Shown: positions 49,777 through 60,177 of the stretch, in pieces
Position numbering within the stretch: the first letter of the stretch is position 1
Layout: each line of letters starts with the position of its first letter
Source of the DNA: Ignavibacteriota bacterium
Lineage (GTDB): Bacteria > Bacteroidota > Ignavibacteria > Palsa-1295
Direction of reading: 5' to 3'
Assembly: GCA_963787835.1 (NCBI GenBank)
Contig: CAWBEI010000005.1
Location: forward strand, 160,001-224,000
Length of the DNA: 64,000 bases
Program-made: the position numbers and the translations under genes
Notes under the pieces: model-generated
Database searches by the model: none
Seen by the model: only the letters and a program-made list of their open reading frames with translations
Told to the model about the DNA's origin: nothing

Positions 49777-51732
49777 GTGACTGATCTAATTCCATATATC
49801 GTTCTCGTCCCGCTCGCGGCCTTCGCGATCAATACCCTGTTTGGCTCACGGATGAAGGGCCAGATCGCTGGCTGGATCGCTACGATTGCCGTCTTCATCA
49901 GCTTTTTCATCACGGCTGGCATTTTCTTCGAGATGCTTTCGCGACCGGCGGAAGAACGCGCGATCCATTACACGATGCTCGATTGGATCCACGTCGGTCG
50001 CATTCAAGTAAATATCGCATACCTCATCGATCAGCTTTCGATCACGTTCATGCTGGTCATTACGGGCGTCGGCGCATTTATCCATCTTTATAGCATCAGC
50101 TATATGAAGGGCGACCGCGGCTACTGGCGCTTCTTTGTGTATCTCAATCTTTTTATCGTCATGATGCTGCAGCTTGTCATGGCTGATAATTATTTGTGGA
50201 CGTTCCTGGGCTGGGAAGGCGTCGGGCTGTGCAGCTATCTCCTCATCGGTTTCTGGTATGACGAAGATAAAAATAACGATGCCGCAAAAAAAGCATTTAT
50301 CGTCAACCGCATCGGCGATTTCGGATTTTTAGTCGCGATGGGTATCATGCTGTGGCTTTTTCAATCGCTGAATTACCTTGATGTTCTCGGTTCTGGTGGC
50401 AATATTGTTGATGGTATAAAAGTCGCTGGCGCGGCATCGCATGTGTCCCATGGCGACCCATATGTCACAATGATAACGCTAATGTTGTTTTTAGGCTGTT
50501 GCGGGAAAAGCGCGCAAATACCACTTTACGTTTGGCTGCCTGATGCTATGGCTGGACCAACACCTGTTTCTGCGCTTATCCATGCAGCAACAATGGTAAC
50601 GAGTGGTATTTTCCTCGTAGCACGTTCGAATATCCTGTTTGCGCTTTCGCCAACAACGCTCGGAGTTGTTGCTGCGGTTGGTGCTGTGACAGCTATCTTC
50701 GCAGCAATGATCGGTATTTTCCAGAATGATATTAAAAAAGTTCTCGCATACTCAACCGTCTCACAGCTTGGCTATATGTTCCTCGCACTTGGGGTGGGGG
50801 CATTTACGGCGGGTGTGTTTCATGTAGTGACGCACGCGTTTTTTAAAGCGTGCCTATTTCTTGGCTCTGGTGCCGTTATTCACGCGATGCACCATGAGCA
50901 GGATATGCAGAAAATGGGTGGGCTGAAGAAATTTCTCCCCATCACGTTTGCGACATTTTTCTTAGCAACGCTCGCAATCACAGGTATTCCGCCATTTGCT
51001 GGATTTTTCTCGAAGGATGAAATATTATGGCAAGCATTTAGCCGTGGCTCGATCGTGCTGTGGCTCATAGGCGCTATTGCTGCTCTGATGACGGCATTCT
51101 ACATGTTCCGCTTGGTTTTCCTCACATTCTACGGCAAGCCACGCTTTGATGCCGAGCATCACCCTCCGCATGAAGTCGATTGGAAAATGTGGCTGCCACT
51201 CGTAGTGCTTGCCATACTTGCAACCGTCAGCGGGTTCCTTGCAATGCCGGCAGTTTTCCATGCTGGTAATATGTTCGAGAGCTGGCTGAGTCCGGTGCTC
51301 GAACGTGGTGAGCAAATTTCGCTTGTCGCTGGCGCAGCAGATAGTGCCGGACTCGAATGGGGCTTGATGGCCGTATCCGTTGCTATTGCTCTTACTGGGA
51401 TTCTTTTTGCGATGCGCGTCTATCAGCGCAAGCAAACGCTTGCGAAGGACGAAGCCCAGCTCGGCGCGGCTTATCAGCTATTGCACAATAAATTTTATGT
51501 CGATGAGATCTACGACAAGGCTATCGTTCAGCCGATCTACAATTTCAGCAATAGCTTTTTATGGAAGATCGTCGATGTGAAGATCATCGATGGCTTTGTG
51601 AATGGCCTGGCGCACATCACGGAGATCGGCTCCGGAACGATTCGCCGCATTCAGACCGGCATCGCACAGAACTATGCCGTGCTGATCGTCGTCGGGCTTT
51701 TGGTGGTGGTGGGATATTTAGTAATGTTTTAA
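49777..51732 (+). CDS. nuoL: NADH-quinone oxidoreductase subunit L
   Basis: GWEGVGLCSYLLIGFW, GKSAQIPLYVWLPDAMAGPTPVSALIHAATMV. Confidence 0.97.
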   Translation: MTDLIPYIVLVPLAAFAINTLFGSRMKGQIAGWIATIAVFISFFITAGIFFEMLSRPAEERAIHYTMLDWIHVGRIQVNIAYLIDQLSITFMLVITGVGAFIHLYSISYMKGDRGYWRFFVYLNLFIVMMLQLVMADNYLWTFLGWEGVGLCSYLLIGFWYDEDKNNDAAKKAFIVNRIGDFGFLVAMGIMLWLFQSLNYLDVLGSGGNIVDGIKVAGAASHVSHGDPYVTMITLMLFLGCCGKSAQIPLYVWLPDAMAGPTPVSALIHAATMVTSGIFLVARSNILFALSPTTLGVVAAVGAVTAIFAAMIGIFQNDIKKVLAYSTVSQLGYMFLALGVGAFTAGVFHVVTHAFFKACLFLGSGAVIHAMHHEQDMQKMGGLKKFLPITFATFFLATLAITGIPPFAGFFSKDEILWQAFSRGSIVLWLIGAIAALMTAFYMFRLVFLTFYGKPRFDAEHHPPHEVDWKMWLPLVVLAILATVSGFLAMPAVFHAGNMFESWLSPVLERGEQISLVAGAADSAGLEWGLMAVSVAIALTGILFAMRVYQRKQTLAKDEAQLGAAYQLLHNKFYVDEIYDKAIVQPIYNFSNSFLWKIVDVKIIDGFVNGLAHITEIGSGTIRRIQTGIAQNYAVLIVVGLLVVVGYLVMF

Positions 51733-53414
51733 TGGGCATTTTATCAATTCTCATATTCTTTCCGCTCCTAGGTGCGCTTGCCGCACTTGCGGTGCGCAAG
51801 GCCGAAGCCGCGAAGTGGGTCGCGCTCGTTACGAGCATCGTCACGTTCGTGATCTCGCTCGTGGTTTATATGCAGTTTAATTCTGCAGGAAGTGGCTATC
51901 AGCTTACCGAGCAGATGCCGTGGGTGGTGTTGCCGGGTCTGGCATTCACGTATTTTGTTGGCGTGGATGGAATGTCGATGATGCTGATTCTACTCACGAC
52001 GTTCATCATGATCGTCACGCTGCTCGGAACGTGGAACTCGATCACGAAGAGTGTGCCGGGATTCATGGCGCTTCTGATGGTGCTCGAAGCCGGAATGATC
52101 GGCGTGTTTTGCTCGCTCGATCTATTCCTCTTCTACATTTTCTGGGAAGTGATTCTCATTCCGATGTATTTCATTATCGGAATTTGGGGTGGAAAGCGGA
52201 GAATTTATTCCGCGATAAAGTTCTTCATCTATACGATGGCTGGCTCACTCATCATGCTCGTCGCCATTATCTGGCTTGGCATCGAAGCCGGGCATATCAC
52301 CGGACATTTCACGACCGATCTCACGAAACTGCTCGTCGTTTCGCGTCAACTCCCTATTGATACTCAGCATTATCTGTTCCTTGCCTTCGCGCTGAGTTTT
52401 GCAATAAAAGTACCGATATTCCCACTTCACACCTGGTTACCAGATGCACATGTGGAAGCGCCGACTACCGGTTCCATCATTCTTGCGGGTGTGCTGATTA
52501 AGATGGGCACATACGGCCTTATCCGTTTCTGTCTCGAACTTTTTCCTCAAGCGAGCTTTGATTACTCAACGCTCTTTTCTGTGCTTGGAGTGATCGGCAT
52601 TATTTATGGCGCGCTTGTTTCGATGGTGCAGACGGATGTCAAGAAGCTTATCGCGTATTCTTCCGTTGCGCACATGGGATTTATTGTGCTGGGTATTTTT
52701 TCCATGACGCGCGAAGGATTGCAAGGCGCGGTCATTCAAATGATCAATCATGGGCTTTCGACAGGCATGCTCTTCATGATGTTTGGCATGATGTACGACC
52801 GTCGTCACACCCGAGAAATTAAAGAATATGGCGGACTTGCTAAGATCGTTCCGCTGTTCGCTGTTTTTTTCGGAATAGCAGTATTTTCCAGCGTCGGTTT
52901 GCCTGGACTCAATGGATTCATTGGTGAATACCTGACGATGATGGGAGCGTATTATTCTCCGGTGCTGAATACATGGGCGTATGCGATCTGGAGCGCAACG
53001 GGAGTAATCCTCGCGGCGGTTTATCTGCTATGGATGTATCAACGATTTGTTTTTGGATTACCGAATGGTGCGAAACCAAGTGCAGGTCATGGCCACGATC
53101 ACGCAGGAGAAACAGACCATAGCGGACACACTACACCTGATCTTAATTGGCGGGAACTCGCTGCCGTAATTCCGATGGTCGTGTTTATGATCTGGATTGG
53201 CATTCAGCCCATGAATTTTATGAAGATGAGCGAGCGGACGATGTATCAAATGTCCGACGATCTGCTGAAGATGAAACAGAGCGGGGTAGTGGCAGTGAAT
53301 TCAACTCGATTACATGAACCTGTCATCCTGAGCGGAGTTCGTCCGACCCCAGGAGGACGAACGGAGTCGAAGGATCTTTTGACATCTAACGAGAAACTTG
53401 GAGGGAGAGAATAA
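51732..53414 (+). CDS. nuoM: NADH-quinone oxidoreductase subunit M
   Basis: FPLHTWLPDAHVEAPT, KKLIAYSSVAHMG; TAATG coupling to nuoL at 51730-51734. Confidence 0.96.
   Translation: MGILSILIFFPLLGALAALAVRKAEAAKWVALVTSIVTFVISLVVYMQFNSAGSGYQLTEQMPWVVLPGLAFTYFVGVDGMSMMLILLTTFIMIVTLLGTWNSITKSVPGFMALLMVLEAGMIGVFCSLDLFLFYIFWEVILIPMYFIIGIWGGKRRIYSAIKFFIYTMAGSLIMLVAIIWLGIEAGHITGHFTTDLTKLLVVSRQLPIDTQHYLFLAFALSFAIKVPIFPLHTWLPDAHVEAPTTGSIILAGVLIKMGTYGLIRFCLELFPQASFDYSTLFSVLGVIGIIYGALVSMVQTDVKKLIAYSSVAHMGFIVLGIFSMTREGLQGAVIQMINHGLSTGMLFMMFGMMYDRRHTREIKEYGGLAKIVPLFAVFFGIAVFSSVGLPGLNGFIGEYLTMMGAYYSPVLNTWAYAIWSATGVILAAVYLLWMYQRFVFGLPNGAKPSAGHGHDHAGETDHSGHTTPDLNWRELAAVIPMVVFMIWIGIQPMNFMKMSERTMYQMSDDLLKMKQSGVVAVNSTRLHEPVILSGVRPTPGGRTESKDLLTSNEKLGGRE
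53322..53367 (+). repeat. Palindromic-repeat half element inserted in frame in the nuoM 3' end
   Basis: GTCATCCTGAGCGGA-GTTCGTCC..GGACGAAC-GGAGTCGAAGGATCT; same architecture as the 5' half of the repeat at 756. Confidence 0.7.
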
Positions 53415-54919
53415 TGCCATTTCAAGTTACCTGCCGCGATATTTATGGCATCATGCCGCTCCTCATTCTTGCAGGGACGGGCATCGTTGTCCTGATGTGG
53501 GACGCATTCGATAAAAGCCATTCGCGTATTCCGCTCTTTCTCACTATTCTCGGTGCAATTGCAGCCGGGATTGCTGCCTACCTCAATCTCAATGACACTG
53601 GCCGCATTTTTAGCGGCATGATCCTCAATAATAGCTTTGCAAATTATTACGCGATTTTGTTTTCCGTTGGTGTTATCCTCGCGGTGTTGCTTGCGGAACG
53701 ATATTTGCGGGATGAAGGCGTAATGGTCGGAGAGTTCAGTGCTCTCACACTATTTTCCGCTTGTGGAATGATCATGCTTGCATCCGGGAATGATCTTATC
53801 GTGACATTTCTCGGATTAGAGACTATGTCCATCGCGTTTTATGTGCTTGCAGGTCTTTTCCGAAAGCGCAAAGAATCGAATGAAGCGGCCCTCAAGTATT
53901 TCTTGCTCGGTGCGTTCTCAACCGGGTTTTTCCTTTATGGTATTGCACTGTTCTATGGAACGTTCGCAACCACGAATCTCGATGCAATAACAAAGGCACT
54001 TCAGAATCCAATTACTTCACATGCTATCCTAACCAGTCCGATGTTCTGGATGGGGACTGGTATGCTGTTGGTCGGATTTTCCTTTAAAGTCGCAGCGTTC
54101 CCATTCCATCAATGGGCGCCGGATGTTTATGAAGGAGCGCCAACCGTTGTGTCGGGATTTTTCTCCACTGCTGGTAAAGCTGGCGCATTTGCAGCGCTGA
54201 TCCTCATATTCAATATCGCAATGCGTCCGATCGGACTAGATGCCGATGCCTTGCATAAAATGCAGACCATTATTGCAGTCATTGCACTGGCCTCGATGTT
54301 TTATGGGAACATTACTGCGCTCTCGCAAATGAATTTGAAGCGCATGCTTGCGTATTCGAGCATTGCACATGCTGGATATATGCTCCTCGGCGTTGCCGCA
54401 ATGAATGGTGATGGCCCAACGGCTGTCACGATCTATCTCACCGTTTATACACTCATGCAAATGGGCGCCTTCGGCGTGGTGGCTATGCTTGAGGAACAGA
54501 CGGGGCGCAGCGTCGAACTTACCGACCTTGCAGGGCTTGGCCGTCGCCAACCCTCGCTAGCCTTTATCATGTCCATCATGATGCTCTCACTTACGGGTAT
54601 CCCGCCATTCGGTGGCTTCTTCGCGAAGTATTATGTATTTGCGGCGGCGATTCGTGGCGGCCTGACGGTTTACGCCGTTCTTGGTATGATCGCCACGGTT
54701 ATTTCGGTTTATTTCTATCTTCGCGTGATGGTCGTAATGTATTTCCGTGAGCCGGAAGCGGGTGAAGAATTATCCGTTTCGTCTGGCGGTACCGTTGCAG
54801 TGCAGGGTGACACGATCAGTGGGTGGGCTGCACTCGTCCTTGTTGCGATCGGGATGGTTGTCCTCGGAATTCTTCCCATGATCCTGACGAATATTACCAA
54901 GGCCTTTTATGTTCAATAA
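53414..54919 (+). CDS. nuoN: NADH-quinone oxidoreductase subunit N
   Basis: EAALKYFLLG, FKVAAFPFHQWAPDVYEGAPT, KRMLAYSSIAHAGY. Confidence 0.96.
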   Translation: MPFQVTCRDIYGIMPLLILAGTGIVVLMWDAFDKSHSRIPLFLTILGAIAAGIAAYLNLNDTGRIFSGMILNNSFANYYAILFSVGVILAVLLAERYLRDEGVMVGEFSALTLFSACGMIMLASGNDLIVTFLGLETMSIAFYVLAGLFRKRKESNEAALKYFLLGAFSTGFFLYGIALFYGTFATTNLDAITKALQNPITSHAILTSPMFWMGTGMLLVGFSFKVAAFPFHQWAPDVYEGAPTVVSGFFSTAGKAGAFAALILIFNIAMRPIGLDADALHKMQTIIAVIALASMFYGNITALSQMNLKRMLAYSSIAHAGYMLLGVAAMNGDGPTAVTIYLTVYTLMQMGAFGVVAMLEEQTGRSVELTDLAGLGRRQPSLAFIMSIMMLSLTGIPPFGGFFAKYYVFAAAIRGGLTVYAVLGMIATVISVYFYLRVMVVMYFREPEAGEELSVSSGGTVAVQGDTISGWAALVLVAIGMVVLGILPMILTNITKAFYVQ

Positions 54920-54924
54920 GGAAC

Positions 54925-56508
54925 ATGCAACCGGTCTTTACAGCCGCCCAGTCCCGAGCGTTCGATAAATACCTAATTGAGGATATTGGCATTCCATCGC
55001 TGGTTCTGATGGAGAATGCTGCTCGTGCTGCGCTTGAAGCACTACATGATTGGCTTGGTGCTCCCGGTGTATCAGAAATCGTAATTGTTTGTGGCGTTGG
55101 CAACAATGGTGGCGATGGGATGGCGCTTGCACGCTTGCTTATCGAGCGATCACACAATGTCACCGTCTTTCTTGTAGGAGATGTATCGAAACTTTCGACC
55201 GATGCAAAATTACAATATGATATTCTTTCGGCGCTTATCGATCCTGACGAAATTTACTCCTTCGAAAAAGCGGAAGAAATAATCGAGATCGTCGATGGCG
55301 TCGATATTATTGTAGATGCGTTGTTGGGAACCGGCTCGACGGGAGCGCCGAGAGATGCGGTAGCTGAAGGAATCAAGGCCATTCAGATGTTGCAGGGAGC
55401 TGTTGGAGCCAAAGTTCTTGCAATAGATATCCCTTCTGGACTCGACACTGATCACGGTGCATTCGAAGCGGATGAGTCATCGCAATACATCATTCGCGCC
55501 GATCGAACAGTTTCGATGGCTACGCCGAAGATCGGATTTTATCAGGCAGATTCCAAAATATTCACTTGCGAGATTTCTATCGCTGGGCTTGGAGCCGAAG
55601 CTTCGTTTGCAGCGGAATCAAAGGAGCAAGCATATCTCATCAACGCCCGAGATGCCGCAAACGGGATTCGAACATTCCGCTACACCTCCTCAAAAATGGA
55701 TCGGGGGCGTGTGCTTACCATCTGCGGATCACGAGGAATGACAGGCGCGGCGATCATGTCCGCAAGCGCGGCGCTGAGAACAGGATGCGGGTTAGTTACT
55801 GTTGCCATTCCCGAATCTCAGCGAGCAATCGTTGCGCAAGCGATGCCGGAACTCATGACTCACGGCCTGAATGCAGAAACGAACGGGAGTCCCGATCTTG
55901 CCGCGTGGGATGAACTTCAGGGTGAGTTCAAACGCGCGGACGCTGTTCTCATTGGATGTGGATTGCCGGTTATTCTTGGCACGACGGCACTGATATTGCG
56001 AATTATATCGCAAGTAGAGAAGCCAATGGTCATCGATGCCGGAGCACTTAGCGCGTTGCAAGGTCATCTTGATATTATCAAGAATAGAAAAGCGCCAACC
56101 ATTCTCACGCCTCATATCGGGGAACTGGCGAGGCTCGTGGATCGACCGTGGCAGGAAGTAGATCGAGAGCGGCTTGAAGTTGGCCGTCAAGTTGCAATGA
56201 CATACGGCTGTACGGTTGTCGTAAAAGGAGAGCCCATTCAAACGATCGCGCCAGATGGCACTGCGTACATTAACACAACGGGCAATGTTGGTCTAGCAAC
56301 CGGAGGAACTGGAGATGTGCTTGCCGGAATGATCGTAAGCCTGCTTGCGCAAACACCCGACGCTCCATTAGAAGCAGCGCGAACGGGTGCTTATCTGCAT
56401 GGCCTTGCCGGGGATTTTGCTGCGGAAGAAAAAACAACGCATGGCATGACGGCAACAGATGTCATTACGCATTTGCCGAACGCATTCAAAGCTTTGGGAT
56501 TCAAATAA
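54925..56508 (+). CDS. nnr: Bifunctional NAD(P)HX epimerase/dehydratase
   Basis: LMENAA, GNNGGDG, DIPSG, LTPHIGE, LATGGTGDVLAG. Confidence 0.93.
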   Translation: MQPVFTAAQSRAFDKYLIEDIGIPSLVLMENAARAALEALHDWLGAPGVSEIVIVCGVGNNGGDGMALARLLIERSHNVTVFLVGDVSKLSTDAKLQYDILSALIDPDEIYSFEKAEEIIEIVDGVDIIVDALLGTGSTGAPRDAVAEGIKAIQMLQGAVGAKVLAIDIPSGLDTDHGAFEADESSQYIIRADRTVSMATPKIGFYQADSKIFTCEISIAGLGAEASFAAESKEQAYLINARDAANGIRTFRYTSSKMDRGRVLTICGSRGMTGAAIMSASAALRTGCGLVTVAIPESQRAIVAQAMPELMTHGLNAETNGSPDLAAWDELQGEFKRADAVLIGCGLPVILGTTALILRIISQVEKPMVIDAGALSALQGHLDIIKNRKAPTILTPHIGELARLVDRPWQEVDRERLEVGRQVAMTYGCTVVVKGEPIQTIAPDGTAYINTTGNVGLATGGTGDVLAGMIVSLLAQTPDAPLEAARTGAYLHGLAGDFAAEEKTTHGMTATDVITHLPNAFKALGFK

Positions 56509-57177
56509 ATGGCATCCTGGCAAGGCGTTCTTCGTAAAGATCTGCGTGTCGAGTTCCGTACGCGTTATGGCGTGAGCGCAGTAATAATGTTTCTGCTGAT
56601 CACGGTGTCGGTCATTCTTTATTCGACTCCAGGCGAGCAATTACAACCGAGCATTCTCAGCGCCTTATTATGGATCGCACTGTTTTTTGGTGCGATGACG
56701 GGATTGGCACGCTCGTTCGTATCGGAAGAAGAGCGTGGAACGGCGCTGCTTTTGCGGCTATATGCAGACGGAGAAAGTGTCTATATTGCAAAGCTGGTGT
56801 ATAATCTGGCATTAATGCTTGCGCTTGCGATCTCGGCAGTAGTATTTTTCGAATTTTTCTTCACGCGGGATTTTCACATCCGGGATTGGCCCGCATTCGG
56901 AATGCAGCTTTTTTTGGGTGCCATTGGAATAGCTGCCGTATCGACGATCCTTTCTGCGCTCATCAGCCGAGCATCGCAAAAGGGAGCGCTTTTGCCGATT
57001 CTTGCATTACCAGTACTGATGCCGCTTGTTATCGCAACCACGGATGCGACTCGCATTGCGCTGGAAGTCTCGAACGCAATGGAATCAGCTCGCGGAGACC
57101 TTTTGATACTTGTTTCGTTTGATATTGCGATGATGCTCGTCAGCTATGTGCTGTTCGATGTGATCTGGCGGGATTAA
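56509..57177 (+). CDS. ccmB: Heme exporter protein CcmB
   Basis: KDLRVEFR, RSFVSEEERGT, LLPILALPVLMPLVI. Confidence 0.9.
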   Translation: MASWQGVLRKDLRVEFRTRYGVSAVIMFLLITVSVILYSTPGEQLQPSILSALLWIALFFGAMTGLARSFVSEEERGTALLLRLYADGESVYIAKLVYNLALMLALAISAVVFFEFFFTRDFHIRDWPAFGMQLFLGAIGIAAVSTILSALISRASQKGALLPILALPVLMPLVIATTDATRIALEVSNAMESARGDLLILVSFDIAMMLVSYVLFDVIWRD

Positions 57178-57228
57178 CGATCGCTGTTCCTTGGTCGTAG
57201 TTTTTAAGATGCTATAGAATAACTGTTC

Positions 57229-57873
57229 ATGGAGAATACAGAATTTCGCGTTTTTATTTCCTCCACCCTGCAGGATTTGCAGGAAGAGCGGGAGCATTTA
57301 GTTAAAAAAATATTCCCGGAAGTTCGCGCGCGGTGCCGAGAATGCGGTATAACCTTCACGGAGGTTGATTTTCGCTGGGGAATCACCGCAGAAGATGTTA
57401 CTTCAGGCCGAGTGATTCGCACCTGCCTTGAAGAAGTAGATCGTTCCCGACCCTATTTTATCGGTATCACCGGCGATCGCTATGGATCCGTTCCTAAACC
57501 GGCGGATATTGCTGCCGATCCCGAACTTGTCCAAAAATTCCCGTGGGTACCAGATGCCATTGCCGAAGGCGCCAGCCTCATCGATCTCGAATTTCGTCAC
57601 GGAGCACTCAATCAGAACGTAGAAGATGCCAATACTCCCAAAGTCTTTTTCTATGTTCGCCAACGCCTTTGGGATCGCGATTCGTCAGCGCCAGAGCGGA
57701 TGAAACTTTCGTCTCTGGAACGTCGAACAAAAGCTCGTGGCTATAAGGTCTCTGGATATCAAAGTGCGGAGAAGCTGGGCGAAATGATCCGCGCAGAATT
57801 GCTCGCGATACTCGATAGAGATTTTGCGAAGATCGTGGAGCAGCAGGTAGAAAAAGAATCCGCTGTTTCTTAA
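57229..57873 (+). CDS. Stand-alone DUF4062-domain protein
   Basis: FRVFISSTLQDLQEEREHL...VDFRWG...CLEEVDRSRPYFIGITGDRYG...SLIDLEF. Confidence 0.85.
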   Translation: MENTEFRVFISSTLQDLQEEREHLVKKIFPEVRARCRECGITFTEVDFRWGITAEDVTSGRVIRTCLEEVDRSRPYFIGITGDRYGSVPKPADIAADPELVQKFPWVPDAIAEGASLIDLEFRHGALNQNVEDANTPKVFFYVRQRLWDRDSSAPERMKLSSLERRTKARGYKVSGYQSAEKLGEMIRAELLAILDRDFAKIVEQQVEKESAVS

Positions 57874-57911
57874 AGGCGCATTATATCTGGCGCAATTTCG
57901 TTAAAATATTC

Positions 57912-58907
57912 ATGAGGATTTTTCGCTCTAATATTTTCCTTTGGTGCCTCGGCCTCGCGCTGGCGGTGCAGGTGTTTGTTGCCTTTGAAACGCCGATCGG
58001 GGGAAGTTTTAGCGATGCAGTCCAACTTTCTATGAACGGTGTGCAGGATGTGACGCCTGTTAAAGCTACACTGCTTTCCACCGATTCTGCCGGTGCCTTA
58101 TTTAAAGACCTTTATGGCGATAGTGCCCAGGTTCATCTGACTTATAAGTCCTATGGGACATATAAGTCCTACAAAAGCGGCGATGTGATCGTAATGAGTG
58201 TCTTTTATAACCACAATTCGAAGAACTTCGACTTTGTAGAGATCATTCGCGCAAATCCCATCATGACCTTCCCGATGATCCAGGGGTTAGGCGAGCTTGG
58301 CCGTAACATTCTGTTTCACGTACCAATGTCAATGGTTGCATTTGTTGCGTTCCTTTTAGGGACTATTTATTCCATACTGTTTCTTGTAAAAAAGAATTAC
58401 GATTTCGATCGCCGAGCGCGCGCCGCGTCTGCGGGAGGTTTTATTTTTACGCTTATGGCGACAATTACCGGCTCGATTTGGGCACGCTTTAGTTGGGGAA
58501 CCTTCTGGAATTGGGATCCACGCGAGACATCGATTTTTATTTTGCTGTTCATCTACGGGGCGTATTTTATGCTTCGCTCTTTGCTTGAGGAGAGTGAGGA
58601 TAAAAAAGCTCGGATTGCAGCAGTCTATAATATCATTGCGTTCGTGACGGTACCATTTCTGATGTTTATTCTGCCACGAATTACGCAGAGCCTCCATCCC
58701 GGCGGCGGAAATCTTATGCCAAACAGCAACGCACCTGAAGCACCGATCATAAATCTTTCTGGAAATACGCACATTGATCGAACCCTTCTAAATATGCAGT
58801 GGATTTCAGTTTTCTTATTCCTTATAGTTTTTCTTTGGATAAAAGACATTTACACACGGATTCTCCGCCTACAGGATAAACAAGCGGAGCAAGCCTCATC
58901 TATATAA
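57912..58907 (+). CDS. ccmC: Heme exporter/chaperone CcmC with an N-terminal insertion
   Basis: RNILFHVP, TGSIWARFSWGTFWNWDPRET (WWD domain), SLHP. Confidence 0.9.
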   Translation: MRIFRSNIFLWCLGLALAVQVFVAFETPIGGSFSDAVQLSMNGVQDVTPVKATLLSTDSAGALFKDLYGDSAQVHLTYKSYGTYKSYKSGDVIVMSVFYNHNSKNFDFVEIIRANPIMTFPMIQGLGELGRNILFHVPMSMVAFVAFLLGTIYSILFLVKKNYDFDRRARAASAGGFIFTLMATITGSIWARFSWGTFWNWDPRETSIFILLFIYGAYFMLRSLLEESEDKKARIAAVYNIIAFVTVPFLMFILPRITQSLHPGGGNLMPNSNAPEAPIINLSGNTHIDRTLLNMQWISVFLFLIVFLWIKDIYTRILRLQDKQAEQASSI

Positions 58908-58909
58908 CG

Positions 58910-59035
58910 ATGGATTTTCTGCAACATAACTCTCTTTACGTTGTCGGTATCATTTCAGCCGTGATATGGCTGGGATTGTTCTCCTTCATGTTCGGCATCG
59001 AGCGCCGCGTGAGAAAGCTGGAAAAAGAATCGTAG
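58910..59035 (+). CDS. ccmD: CcmD family small membrane protein (41 aa, absent from the ORF track)
   Basis: MDFLQHNSLYVVGIISAVIWLGLFSFMFGIERRVRKLEKES*; TM plus coiled tail directly after ccmC. Confidence 0.8.
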   Translation: MDFLQHNSLYVVGIISAVIWLGLFSFMFGIERRVRKLEKES

Positions 59036-59036
59036 C

Positions 59037-59516
59037 ATGGTAACGATCCGTCGCGCGGAGCCGGAAGATGCGGAGGCCGTTGCCACATTACTCGTTCGTT
59101 CGATCCGGGAAGTATGTGGTCCGGATTACGACAACGATGAGGCCATTCTTGCTCCATGGTGCGCAAATAAAACACCGGAGAACATGCGGCGAGGTATTCA
59201 AAATCCGAACAATTATTGGATCGTAGCAGTAGAAGGTGAGACCGTTGCTGGAACTGCGCTCATGACGCTTCAGGGCGAAATTCATCTTTGTTATGTTCTC
59301 CCAGAATATCTTCATCGAGGCATCGGAAAAGCAATGCTGGAAGATCTTCTCAGAAATGCACGTTTGCTTGGATTGGGTAAGGTTATGCTCGAAAGTACAC
59401 GTACAGCACGCGAGTTCTATTTGCGGAATGGTTTTATCCAAACCCACGAAGTAATGAGTTTTGGAAGGATACCTTGTTTCGCGATGGAGCTTTCTCTTGC
59501 CGCCAATAATGTCTGA
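59037..59516 (+). CDS. GNAT family N-acetyltransferase
   Basis: CYVLPEYLHRGIGKAML...STRTAREFYLRNGF. Confidence 0.9.
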   Translation: MVTIRRAEPEDAEAVATLLVRSIREVCGPDYDNDEAILAPWCANKTPENMRRGIQNPNNYWIVAVEGETVAGTALMTLQGEIHLCYVLPEYLHRGIGKAMLEDLLRNARLLGLGKVMLESTRTAREFYLRNGFIQTHEVMSFGRIPCFAMELSLAANNV

Positions 59517-60177
59517 ACAAAGAAGAATACTTCAAGAAATTCGTGCGGTGCTGTTCGATATTGATGGGACACTGCTGAATACATTCGATTTTATCTATGG
59601 CGCGTTCGAACATGCCTTCAAGGTTCATGGCATTTCACCACTCACTCGCGAGGAAATAGCCCATCTAATGGGTGGACCACTTGTGGAAGTTTATGCAGAG
59701 ATGGCTCCCGGGCATGATGCGATCGCGTTAAGTGAATCACATCGCGAGTTTCAAGAAAATAATATTCCTCTTGCGAAGCTTTTTCCCGATACCGTCAAAG
59801 TTCTCAGTGTGCTTGCAGATCAAGGGTTCAAGCTTGCTGCGATCACGACGCGCTCGTTTCGCACCTCGGTTCTTTCTCTTGAAGAGAATGGGATCGCAGG
59901 TTATTTTGATCTTGTCCTCTCTGCCGAAGATGTTGCCCGCCATAAACCCCACCCAGAGCCTATCTTCAAAGCGCTTGACACACTGAACGTGGAGCCAATT
60001 CACGCGATCATGGTCGGAGACACAGCGGCGGACATCATGGCTGGAAAAAACGCAGGCACAACCACGGTAGCCGCACTCTATGGCTTTGGCGGAGATCGGT
60101 TACTTGAATGGAACCCCGATTATGCGATCGGGGAATTGAAGGAGTTACTGGAGATCGTTGGAACTCAGCCTAAATAG
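59509..60177 (+). CDS. HAD family phosphatase (PpaX/Gph-like)
   Basis: [24 protein letters not shown]. Confidence 0.9.
   Translation: MSEQRRILQEIRAVLFDIDGTLLNTFDFIYGAFEHAFKVHGISPLTREEIAHLMGGPLVEVYAEMAPGHDAIALSESHREFQENNIPLAKLFPDTVKVLSVLADQGFKLAAITTRSFRTSVLSLEENGIAGYFDLVLSAEDVARHKPHPEPIFKALDTLNVEPIHAIMVGDTAADIMAGKNAGTTTVAALYGFGGDRLLEWNPDYAIGELKELLEIVGTQPK

Noticed and set aside
48961-54919. nuoJ-N without nuoA-I as a novel complex
   Set aside because: Split nuo operons are common, and the remaining genes may lie outside the window.
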